A stretch of DNA of 13,375 nucleotides from Candidatus Thorarchaeota archaeon. GTDB taxonomy: Archaea > Asgardarchaeota > Thorarchaeia > Thorarchaeales > Thorarchaeaceae. Numbering within the stretch: the first letter of the stretch is position 1; every line of letters begins with the position of its first letter. The notes beneath the pieces are model-generated. The model had not been told where the DNA came from. It was given only the letters and a program-made list of their open reading frames with translations, and did no database searches. Position numbers and translations under genes: made by a program. Below, in pieces: positions 1-7,614 of the stretch. The stretch covers positions 1 to 13,375 of the forward strand of contig PRDJ01000038.1 of assembly GCA_003345555.1 (NCBI GenBank). The letters are read 5' to 3'.

Positions 1-3
1 CAC

Positions 4-789
4 TTGATCATATCATGCTCAACAATTGGCGGAATAAGATTCGGAACGTCGCCCGAGCTATTCCTTACCGACCAGATTCGTACTCTGGTTCGCGTGCGAG
101 ATTGCGGTTTTGACCATGTTGAGCTAATTTACAGCGACGAGCCTGAGTGGGTGGGAAAGACGATCGAGAGTGCTCTGCAGGACTTCGCACTCAAGCCATA
201 TTCAATTCATCTGCCAAAGTTTGTTATGTCACAAGACGAACAGGAATTCAAACAGGTCACAAGTGCTGTATTCGCCTTTGCTGCCAAGCTAGGAATCGGA
301 GTCGCAGTGCTTCATCCACCTGGACCACCTGAGCTCTATGGGACTCAATGGCTGACTAGATTCGATAGACTTCTGGAATTATCAGAAGAGACCCATTGCA
401 GTCTCACTCTTGAGAACATGCCGTACATCCCAAATGTGGACGAGTTCCTGCTAGACATAATCAGGACACACGAAATGACGTCTCTCGGGGTTACAATCGA
501 TCTGGAATACATGCGATTCCATGGCTCACAGATGACCGACATCGTGGAGAAGTTTGGCCATAGATTGCTAAACGTTCACTTCAGAGATGGCGACGGAAAG
601 CTCATTGATGCAGATGGGCGAAGGCGTTACCTATTGCCCGGGACAGGTGACATTAACCTACTTGAGACATTGCGAGCCCTTCACCGGGCAGGCTACGACA
701 AGGCCATAACGGTAGAAGTTTCTCATAGGCAAAGAGACAACATAGTCAAGGCCAAAGCGTTTCTCGACGATTGTCTGAGAATGTTGTGA
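4..789 (+). CDS. Sugar phosphate isomerase/epimerase family protein (xylose isomerase-like / AP endonuclease 2 TIM barrel)
   Basis: 261-aa ORF with a TTG start. Family motifs appear in the expected order: GFDHVEL, SIHLP, VLHP, TLENMP, TIDLEY, VHFRDG, LPGTGDIN, ITVEV. The frame is open to the window edge, but MIISCST resembles a normal N-terminus for this family. Confidence 0.85.
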   Translation: MIISCSTIGGIRFGTSPELFLTDQIRTLVRVRDCGFDHVELIYSDEPEWVGKTIESALQDFALKPYSIHLPKFVMSQDEQEFKQVTSAVFAFAAKLGIGVAVLHPPGPPELYGTQWLTRFDRLLELSEETHCSLTLENMPYIPNVDEFLLDIIRTHEMTSLGVTIDLEYMRFHGSQMTDIVEKFGHRLLNVHFRDGDGKLIDADGRRRYLLPGTGDINLLETLRALHRAGYDKAITVEVSHRQRDNIVKAKAFLDDCLRML

Positions 790-849
790 GTTCACTGCCC
801 AACCAGATTATATCCGTAGGTGCATCAGTCATACTGGCAGCACTTACCA

Positions 850-878
850 TGAAAAAGAAGAGGGGGCCGCGGCCCCCT
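850..878 (-). terminator. Intrinsic terminator-like hairpin plus U-tract after the surface glycoprotein gene
   Basis: Perfect 18-bp GC-rich palindrome AGGGGGCCGCGGCCCCCT (861-878) begins immediately after the TGA stop (881-879). On the minus strand it is followed by CTTCTTTTT. Confidence 0.7.
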
Positions 879-2585
879 TCACGAAGACCTACGCACTCTG
901 CTGATTCTTATGATTACGGCCGACAGAATCACAATCGCGGTACCACCCACGAGAACTGTGAGAAAGAGTGTTCCCGATATTCTGCCGCTAACGTCCCCCG
1001 GGCTTACAGCGGGATATGCAATGAACACCGGGTCATGTAGGACTGAGTATCCGCTCCAGTTTCCGTAACAAGTGCTGTAGTTGTAGGAACCGGAGAGCAT
1101 TGTTGATGCTCCGGAAGCAGCATTTGTCAGTGGGGTGCTAGCAGTCAGGGGGTAAGCGAAGAGATACATGGGCAGCACGGCTGTGCCGACTGTGTTTGTC
1201 GAGTTGTCCCAGCCCCAGACATAGGTGCCACCGAATTCGACCTTCACCAGAGGTTTGTCATCTTGGGTAAAGAGTAGACCGCCAGCCGCAATTGGCTCGG
1301 TATCTGGACTTGCAGTCAAGTTAGCCGCATCAGTGGTGGTGCCGGCCAGCGGAACTAGGTCAAGAGAGGAGAATGAACTCCAGTAGCTCAGCGCAAGACT
1401 GAGTCCTTGAGCTTCTGGCAGCATCTTTCCGTCCGCAGGGTTTGTGAACTCGCCGATGTACTGATCTATCTTGAGCACTGCAGCTTCGTCAGTCACCTCA
1501 AAACGATAGGTCATCCTGAGGCTCTCAACTCGGGTCAGTACAGTCTTCGGTACTGATTCTGCGGTGTTCGCCTGACGGCTTGGCTGTCCAATCGCTTCGG
1601 TGAACGGGGAAATCAATTCTCCATCTATGTTTGTGACCTCGGCGCTCCATTCAATCTGGTTGTCACTATTCACGAACGGAGTGCGAATCTGACCCACGGT
1701 AGCATTCTCAGCAATGAAGCTATACAACAGTTCAGACTTCGATTCGTTCATCAACGGGTACGACTCGTTCGGTGTCAGAATGCTGGCATTGCCCGGGATG
1801 CTGGGTATCAAGCGCTCGTAAACAAGATCCATAATGTCATTATGGTTCGTATCGTTGAATACAGAGAGACCAGCGAAGTAGTGCTGCATCCATTGTGTCT
1901 GATTGCCTTTCATTGTCATCTCGCTGACATCGTAACCGAATGCACAGTAGTTCCATCTGGACGAATAGCTTACTGATGCGTTCAGGGACGAGGCCCACTG
2001 GTATTCTGGTTTAAGAATAACAGACAGTGGATTCACGAGCGCGCCCAATTCATTAGCCCAAGCATATTCAGCCTTGTAAGAATAGCTGTAGTTGTACTTG
2101 CTGTAATAGAAAGATGAGTAGACAAAGACCTCATCTCCAGAGAGCGCTCCGACATTAGGAGTCCAGAATACCGTCCATGGGTTATCCACCTTGGGCTGGG
2201 TTGAGAGCCAGCTGACGAACGTGCCATCGGGATCAAAGATTATGGTTACTAGCAGGTTCGAAAACGACCAGATATCGGTCGAGTTGAATTCGCTGTTCTC
2301 GATAATCCAGTACGGTTTTCCAGACATATCTTCAACATAGTAGATGTATTGGTAGTTGTATTGTTCCCTGATATCCACGGGAACCGGTCCAACGGTTTCA
2401 CTTGACTCGTTCCACCACTCCCAGTACACATAGACTCCTGGCAGCATTTCCTCGAAAGGCGGCACAACTTGAGCAGGTTCAGAGCCCGGCGTCACCTGTA
2501 TTGCTGCCGCTGGTCCAACGCTTACCATTACCAAGGTCGCTAGCAGTATCAGCGTAGCGCCCCGGCGAATGTCATTACACTTCAT
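879..2585 (-). CDS. Large secreted, C-terminally membrane-anchored surface glycoprotein (type I membrane topology), function unknown
   Basis: The ORF track starts at 2615, but the ATG at 2585 has GAGGT 6 nt upstream and begins a Sec-type signal peptide (MKCNDIRR, hydrophobic core, PAAA|IQ). The ectodomain is Tyr/Trp/Ser/Thr-rich with 14 N-x-S/T sequons by my count. There is a single C-terminal TM helix (TLFLTVLVGGTAIVILSAVII) and a basic tail (RISRVRRSS). Confidence 0.85.
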   Translation of the reverse strand: MKCNDIRRGATLILLATLVMVSVGPAAAIQVTPGSEPAQVVPPFEEMLPGVYVYWEWWNESSETVGPVPVDIREQYNYQYIYYVEDMSGKPYWIIENSEFNSTDIWSFSNLLVTIIFDPDGTFVSWLSTQPKVDNPWTVFWTPNVGALSGDEVFVYSSFYYSKYNYSYSYKAEYAWANELGALVNPLSVILKPEYQWASSLNASVSYSSRWNYCAFGYDVSEMTMKGNQTQWMQHYFAGLSVFNDTNHNDIMDLVYERLIPSIPGNASILTPNESYPLMNESKSELLYSFIAENATVGQIRTPFVNSDNQIEWSAEVTNIDGELISPFTEAIGQPSRQANTAESVPKTVLTRVESLRMTYRFEVTDEAAVLKIDQYIGEFTNPADGKMLPEAQGLSLALSYWSSFSSLDLVPLAGTTTDAANLTASPDTEPIAAGGLLFTQDDKPLVKVEFGGTYVWGWDNSTNTVGTAVLPMYLFAYPLTASTPLTNAASGASTMLSGSYNYSTCYGNWSGYSVLHDPVFIAYPAVSPGDVSGRISGTLFLTVLVGGTAIVILSAVIIRISRVRRSS

Positions 2586-2772
2586 CTTGAGACCTCTAGT
2601 CTTTTGATTCTGCAATACGTAGTGCCGAGAATAGACATAGAGGTTCGCCGTGAACCATTCATGAGCACCTAATCAGGCGTCGGAATAGGCCCTGCACTCT
2701 TTGATAAAGCGCTCATAATGGCCACCATCGTTCCAAAACAAATATACGCCCCCTTTGGGGTCAAAGAAGAAC

Positions 2773-3297
2773 TCAGTGAGGAACATTCCGATCCAATACT
2801 ACAATTTTGGTTTTTCCACTGACTTGGCGACTTACAAGTGACTTCCTTTCGAGAGACGATAGCGCCACACTTAACGTAGACTTGCTGAGACCTGCGGCTC
2901 TTCTCAACTCGTCCTGAGCCATCTGACCACCGCTCTCTTCCAAGCGATTGATGATGCGACGCTCGACGTTGCTCAATGTTACGACTAAGACTCTATCCCC
3001 CTCAGATTCACGAGCGCTGGCATCGACAGTCGTGAACAAACTCTCAAGGTGTGTGACCCTCCTTTGGAGACGCAGCACGACAAGTACGGCGACGTTGACA
3101 ACTAAGACCAGCGAAATCACGACAGCGATTGTCGTTGCAAGAAAGACTGTCTCCTTCGGGATAGGAAGCGCGTTAACCCAGGTCCATACAGAAAAGGACA
3201 GTATCAGCACTGATGCGACAACTAGGACGACATCAATGTAAGAACTGCGTCTTTTCTGTTCGTTCATCGGATATATTGCAGACTGACCTACCTGCAT
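2773..3297 (-). CDS. Membrane-anchored winged helix-turn-helix transcriptional regulator (COG2512-like / MarR-type fold)
   Basis: Two N-terminal TM helices, then LSNVERRIINRLEESGGQMAQDELRRAAGLSKSTLSVALSSLERKSLVSRQVSGKTKIVVL, a typical archaeal wHTH. An alternative start is the ATG at 3267. Confidence 0.8.
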   Translation of the reverse strand: MQVGQSAIYPMNEQKRRSSYIDVVLVVASVLILSFSVWTWVNALPIPKETVFLATTIAVVISLVLVVNVAVLVVLRLQRRVTHLESLFTTVDASARESEGDRVLVVTLSNVERRIINRLEESGGQMAQDELRRAAGLSKSTLSVALSSLERKSLVSRQVSGKTKIVVLDRNVPH

Positions 3298-3392
3298 TTC
3301 ACCCTTCCTCGTCTTTCGAGGGCTGGTCCTTCCACTGACTCTGGGGAATCCTTGCTTTAGCAGGAGGCAGAGAAAAGACAGGTCCGGTCTGC

Positions 3393-3413
3393 GCTGGGCC
3401 CAGCAAGTTTATG
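3393..3413. promoter_or_regulatory. 12-bp palindrome next to a TATA-like box between divergent genes
   Basis: GCTGGGCCCAGC (3393-3404) is a perfect palindrome, followed 3 nt later by TTTATG (3408-3413), about 50 nt upstream of the ATG at 3462. Confidence 0.35.
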
Positions 3414-3461
3414 AAGACGAGCACGAACAGTCAACCAAACTAGCCCGAGGCGGCGATAATA

Positions 3462-3902
3462 ATGCAACTCGTTCTGACTACATTTGACATAGCTATCATT
3501 TCCTTGATAGCCGCAACTGTGACCATCCTGCTGTTGTTGTTTGGCATGTCTAGGGGAGCCAAGCGTCAGAAGTTCAAGTTACACCATGTTGTCGTCTATT
3601 CTGCTGTGGTTATCCAGCTTCTTCTCGTCATCTTCTGGATGTTTCCTCGACTACTCTGGTTGATTTCCTTTGGCATCCTAGGCGACCTGATCGGTAACTG
3701 GTATATCATAGTACATGAAATTGTAGGCTTCCTTGCACTCGGCATTGGGCTCGTGATTTCGGTGATCTTTCTCATCAAACCAGGTATGCCCCCTGCATTG
3801 GTAAAGAAAACGCGACGGTGGATGTGGGTTGTACTGATCCTATGGATAATCGCCTTCCTATTCGGTATCGTCAACTTCTATGCAGGCTATTTGGCCGGAT
3901 AG
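3462..3902 (+). CDS. Four-TM membrane protein, DUF420-like
   Basis: 146 aa with four hydrophobic segments. The pattern KLHH...FWMFP...IVHEIVG...KTRRWMWVVLILWIIAFLFG matches my recollection of archaeal DUF420-type proteins. Confidence 0.65.
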   Translation: MQLVLTTFDIAIISLIAATVTILLLLFGMSRGAKRQKFKLHHVVVYSAVVIQLLLVIFWMFPRLLWLISFGILGDLIGNWYIIVHEIVGFLALGIGLVISVIFLIKPGMPPALVKKTRRWMWVVLILWIIAFLFGIVNFYAGYLAG

Positions 3903-4040
3903 GATATCACGCAGCTCGGTGTAGTGAGCAGATTCAACGTTTGGTCTTGCCCCCTGCGTTAATCTTCACGAAATCAGGAGCGCATGTAGAAAGAGGTATA
4001 TCATCGGGTGGGGGAGCTAGAGCAGTCGAGGAACCGCACT

Positions 4041-4403
4041 GTGGAAGAACAGGTAACCGGTCAGCTCACGAGCAAGGAACTGAGGGACCTCAGAAGACTC
4101 AAGATGGTAAAGGAGGCTCTGGAGGAGTACAAGAGAAGAGGAATCTCTGCTGACATAGCCATCTGTCCAGTATGCAAGAGCCCAAGGGTCATCCACATAA
4201 CCTCATACCGAGACTTGGGTTTTCTCGGAAGCTTCCAGCCTGCGTACTACTGTCTCGACTGCGGTTGGTATGGACGGACACTCACGATCATGACAAACCG
4301 TCCGGAGGACGATGCAGTAATCGAAGACCTCAGAGCGAACTTTGGGCCTCTCCTCGAGGATAACGAGGAACCGACAAGTGAACGCGAGCAGGAAGGTCCC
4401 TGA
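4041..4403 (+). CDS. Small Zn-ribbon protein with a helical N-terminus and acidic tail
   Basis: CPVC and CLDC pairs (ICPVCKSPRV...AYYCLDCGWYG). The ORF track starts at GTG 4008. GTG 4041 has GAGGA upstream and fits a TATAT at 3997-4001 better, so the start is uncertain. Confidence 0.7.
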   Translation: MEEQVTGQLTSKELRDLRRLKMVKEALEEYKRRGISADIAICPVCKSPRVIHITSYRDLGFLGSFQPAYYCLDCGWYGRTLTIMTNRPEDDAVIEDLRANFGPLLEDNEEPTSEREQEGP

Positions 4404-4435
4404 GTTCCTATACTGAATGGCATGTACTCAAGAAA

Positions 4436-5113
4436 CTAGACGAGCCTTCGACTAAGAAACCAGTCGCACAGAGAGGATAGAAAACACCTTTCGCAGAGCG
4501 GGCGTTGTGCCTTGCACACTTGTCTTCCGTGAGTCACTAGGTTATGATTCATAGAATACACGCACCCCGTTGGCACTACCGCCTCAAGCTTCTTTTGTGC
4601 CGCTTCGCGTGATGTGCTCTCAGATACGAGACCTAGACGCTTCGAGACTCTCCACACATGCGTGTCAACAGGCAGCGTAGGTTTGCCGAACGAGAAAAGC
4701 AGAACAATCGCAGCAGTCTTTGGACCAACTCCATATATCGAAGTCAGCCACTTCGTTGCATCCTGCAGATCCATGTTCTTAAGCAGCGAAAGGTCAAGTC
4801 GCCCGACTCTTTCTTTGATCTCTGCTAGAGCCGCCTTGATTCTCTTTGCTTTCAACCGGTAGGAACCTGACGACCTGATTACCTGAGCGACTGCCTCCTC
4901 ACGTGCGGAAAGTAGCATATCCCAACTGTCGTACTTGGCTTTCAAACTGTCAAAAGCGCGCTGACTGTTCCTGTCGTTTGTGTTCTGGCTCAGAATCGTT
5001 AGAATCAGTTCGTCAATAGGAGGCGTGTTCCGGTCCGATATCGTATTGCCGTAGTGAGCAACAAGAAGGTCGCAAATCCTTGCCACTCTGGCATCCGTCT
5101 CGCTATCTGTCAA
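4436..5113 (-). CDS. nth: Endonuclease III (HhH-GPD DNA glycosylase/AP lyase with a [4Fe-4S] cluster)
   Basis: ILSQNTND motif, HhH motif LTSIYGVGPKTA (catalytic Lys), PVDTHVWR (catalytic Asp), and C-x6-C-x2-C-x5-C (CKAQRPLCERCFLSSLC). The ORF-track start at 5296 overlaps the divergent flavodoxin gene. The likely start is TTG 5113, with CATATAT about 30 nt upstream. Confidence 0.93.
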   Translation of the reverse strand: MTDSETDARVARICDLLVAHYGNTISDRNTPPIDELILTILSQNTNDRNSQRAFDSLKAKYDSWDMLLSAREEAVAQVIRSSGSYRLKAKRIKAALAEIKERVGRLDLSLLKNMDLQDATKWLTSIYGVGPKTAAIVLLFSFGKPTLPVDTHVWRVSKRLGLVSESTSREAAQKKLEAVVPTGCVYSMNHNLVTHGRQVCKAQRPLCERCFLSSLCDWFLSRRLV

Positions 5114-5190
5114 GGTCTTGGTAGATGGGATAGAAGTCAGATATATGCATTTGACTAGGACAGCAAATGTCCATCTCGTGACCAGGAGAC

Positions 5191-5206
5191 ATGTTCGGTT
5201 GAACAT
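5191..5206. promoter_or_regulatory. Inverted repeat ATGTTC-N4-GAACAT in the nth / flavodoxin divergent intergenic region
   Basis: Perfect 6-bp arms with a 4-nt spacer, plus an extra GAACA half-site at 5211-5215. Confidence 0.3.
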
Positions 5207-5253
5207 TACAGAACACTTTTGTGGTGACTGCCGCCCGTTCTGACTCGACACAC

Positions 5254-5673
5254 ATGCATGTAGCAGTGATATTCGACAGCACGATGGGTCGAACACGCGC
5301 TATGGCCCAAGCAATATGCGAAGGGGCTCGGTCCGAAGGGCGCGAATGCGAGTTGATTGAGGCAGCATCCTATCAGAACCTCGAGGATGTCTGTGCTGTT
5401 GCTGTTGGCAGTTCGACACGCATCAAGAAGCCGCTGCCCGCTGTCCGCGAGGTTCTGTCTTCAATGACAAGTTTATCGGGTTTGGCCGCAGCAAGCTTCG
5501 GTTCTTACGGCTGGAGTGGAGAGGCGCCCGAAATCATAGCCGACATTCTGAGAAGCAAAGGTGCACGCATTATTCAGGACGAGCCGCTAAGAGCAAAAGA
5601 CTATCCCGGTGAGGAAAAGCTTGATGAATGCAGAGCATTGGGTCGTAGGCTGGCCAAGGAATGCACGCATTGA
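5254..5673 (+). CDS. Flavodoxin-like protein (stand-alone, resembling the FprA/flavodiiron C-terminal domain)
   Basis: VIFDSTMGRTRAMAQAICEG (FMN phosphate loop), AVGSST, SFGSYGWSGEA and ECRALGRRLA. The ATG at 5254 gives the typical N-terminus MHVAVIF. Confidence 0.85.
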   Translation: MHVAVIFDSTMGRTRAMAQAICEGARSEGRECELIEAASYQNLEDVCAVAVGSSTRIKKPLPAVREVLSSMTSLSGLAAASFGSYGWSGEAPEIIADILRSKGARIIQDEPLRAKDYPGEEKLDECRALGRRLAKECTH

Positions 5674-5694
5674 CCACAGGAGACAGCGGATTCA

Positions 5695-7614
5695 ATGGCG
5701 TATATGTGGAGACTCACGGGCTACGCTCTAAAGCAACGCGGTCTCTTTGCAGGCGCTATGCTTGCGTCGGGTCTAGGTGTTGCGTTCAATACGGTGACTC
5801 CCCTCGTCCTCGCCATAATAATAGACTCCGTCATACCAAATCTGGAATATGGTCTCCTCATTTTCTACGCGCTTCTGTACTTGCTGCTGAGCGGCCTCTA
5901 CGCGGCTCTGGATATGATTGGGCGTTACCTAGCTTCGCTTATGGCCCAGCATGTGATTTTCAATCTCCGTTCTGAACTCTATGATAGTCTCATGGAGAAG
6001 GACTTGGCATTTTTCGACGAAAACGAGACCGGTCAGCTGTTGGCAAGAGTCACAACCGATGTAACCACGATGCGCGAGTTCCTAGTTTGGGGTTACCGCG
6101 TGATATTCATCGGCGTGATTTCCTTACTTGGAACATACTATGTCATGTGGCTGTTGAATCAGCAGCTAACTATGTACATGCTACTAATCGTTCCATCGAT
6201 GATACTGTTCGCCTATGTCTTCGCAAAGCGGGTGCGCCCGATTTTTCTATCGTCCCGAAACCAGTTTGGTGTGCTGAGCAGTGTCATGCAAGAGAACATC
6301 GTCGGTATGAAGGTCATCAGGTCTTACGCCACAGTTGACAGAGAATCAATGCGGGTCGAACGACAGAACAGAGGGTTCATGGATATAGTGATTCGGGCCT
6401 TCAAGCTAAGCGCGCTGTATTCACCGTTTCTCATTACTGTGCTTGGAGTTGCCACTGGCTTCTTGATCTACTACGGTGGCTTCCTGTATGTCACCAGCGT
6501 GATGACCGAGGGAGATTTCGTAGCATTTGTCAGCTTGGTTACCATGCTAGCCCTTCCGGCTCGATTCTTTAGCTGGGGGGTTGGTATGTACCAGAGAGCC
6601 TCCGCAGCAGCGGAGCGGACTTTCTTCGTCCTTGATAATTCTGACAAAATGATGGAACCCGAGAACCCCGTACGTGTAGACAGGGTCGTGGGAGCAGTCG
6701 AGTTTGATAGGATAGACTTCAGCTATCATGGCGAAAAGTGGATTCTAAGAGACGTGAGCCTGAAAGTCAAGCCAGGGCAGGTCGTGGCGTTGCTAGGTGG
6801 AACTGGCTCAGGGAAAACGAGTTTGATGAACCTGATTCCGAGATTCTATGATGTGGATTCGCAACCGAACGTCACATACCGGGGTAGAACCTACAGGATA
6901 GACCAGAAGGGCAAGACGAGAATAGGCGGAAAGGAATACACATCGCAAGACGGTACGATATCAATTGATGGCGACACCTATCTTGTCAAACAACCAGGCT
7001 CATTGTGCATCGATGGAGTAGATGTCCGCCAGTATAGCCTTCAGGACCTGAGGAAACAAACCGGGATGGTTCATCAAGATCCCTTTCTGTTCTCGGCCTC
7101 GATTCGTGAGAACATCGCCTTTGCTCGGCCAGATGCCTCACGGGAAGAGATTGAAGTAGCGGCCAAAGCAGCCATGATAGACGACTTTGTATCATCTCTT
7201 GAAACTGGATATGATACCGTAATCGGTGAAAGGGGAGTCACACTTAGCGGCGGCCAGAAGCAGAGAATTGCGATAGCGAGAGCATTGTTAGCCGACCCAC
7301 GAATACTCATACTTGATGATTCAACGAGCTCAGTTGATGCAAAGACAGAGAACCTGATTCGCCAGGCACTGGACAATGTGATGGCCGGTCGGACCACCTT
7401 CGTAATCACGCACCGTATCTCTACAATAAGAAATGCTGACCTCATCGTGATGATGGAACATGGGCGTATCGTGGAATCCGGGACTCATGAAGAGCTAGTG
7501 GCGAAAGGTGGCCTCTATGCAGACATCCAGGCCACATTGGCCGGGATGGGAATAACGGCCGATTCCATAGAGCAAACGCAAACCATGCCGACAACAGGAG
7601 GACACGCAACGTGA
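5695..7614 (+). CDS. ABC exporter subunit 1 (fused TMD-NBD; TM287-like half of a heterodimer)
   Basis: Six-TM N-terminal domain, Walker A GGTGSGKTS, Q-loop VHQD, signature LSGGQ, non-canonical Walker B ILILDD, H-loop ITHR. AGGAGA lies upstream of the ATG. A 45-aa insertion follows RFYDVDS. Confidence 0.95.
   Translation: MAYMWRLTGYALKQRGLFAGAMLASGLGVAFNTVTPLVLAIIIDSVIPNLEYGLLIFYALLYLLLSGLYAALDMIGRYLASLMAQHVIFNLRSELYDSLMEKDLAFFDENETGQLLARVTTDVTTMREFLVWGYRVIFIGVISLLGTYYVMWLLNQQLTMYMLLIVPSMILFAYVFAKRVRPIFLSSRNQFGVLSSVMQENIVGMKVIRSYATVDRESMRVERQNRGFMDIVIRAFKLSALYSPFLITVLGVATGFLIYYGGFLYVTSVMTEGDFVAFVSLVTMLALPARFFSWGVGMYQRASAAAERTFFVLDNSDKMMEPENPVRVDRVVGAVEFDRIDFSYHGEKWILRDVSLKVKPGQVVALLGGTGSGKTSLMNLIPRFYDVDSQPNVTYRGRTYRIDQKGKTRIGGKEYTSQDGTISIDGDTYLVKQPGSLCIDGVDVRQYSLQDLRKQTGMVHQDPFLFSASIRENIAFARPDASREEIEVAAKAAMIDDFVSSLETGYDTVIGERGVTLSGGQKQRIAIARALLADPRILILDDSTSSVDAKTENLIRQALDNVMAGRTTFVITHRISTIRNADLIVMMEHGRIVESGTHEELVAKGGLYADIQATLAGMGITADSIEQTQTMPTTGGHAT

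Noticed and set aside
879-1010. PGF-CTERM / archaeosortase signal on the surface protein
   Set aside because: The sequence before the TM helix reads VSPGDVSG rather than PGF, so archaeosortase A processing is not supported.
2750-2760. CCCC-TTT-GGGG hairpin after the membrane regulator gene as a terminator
   Set aside because: It has only a 4-bp stem with a 3-nt loop, which is too weak to call.
5191-5214. LexA/SOS box upstream of nth
   Set aside because: The orientation is GTTC-N4-GAAC, the reverse of the Firmicutes GAAC-N4-GTTC box. The direct-repeat spacing is N6 rather than the alphaproteobacterial N7, and the genome appears archaeal.
5114-5296. N-terminal extension of nth given in the ORF track (start 5296)
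   Set aside because: It overlaps the divergent flavodoxin gene, has non-protein-like composition, and homology begins only near residue 62.
6862-6996. ABC insertion as an intein or intron
   Set aside because: It has no N-terminal Cys/Ser block or C-terminal His-Asn, is far too short for a mini-intein, and is in frame with no obvious bulge-helix-bulge.
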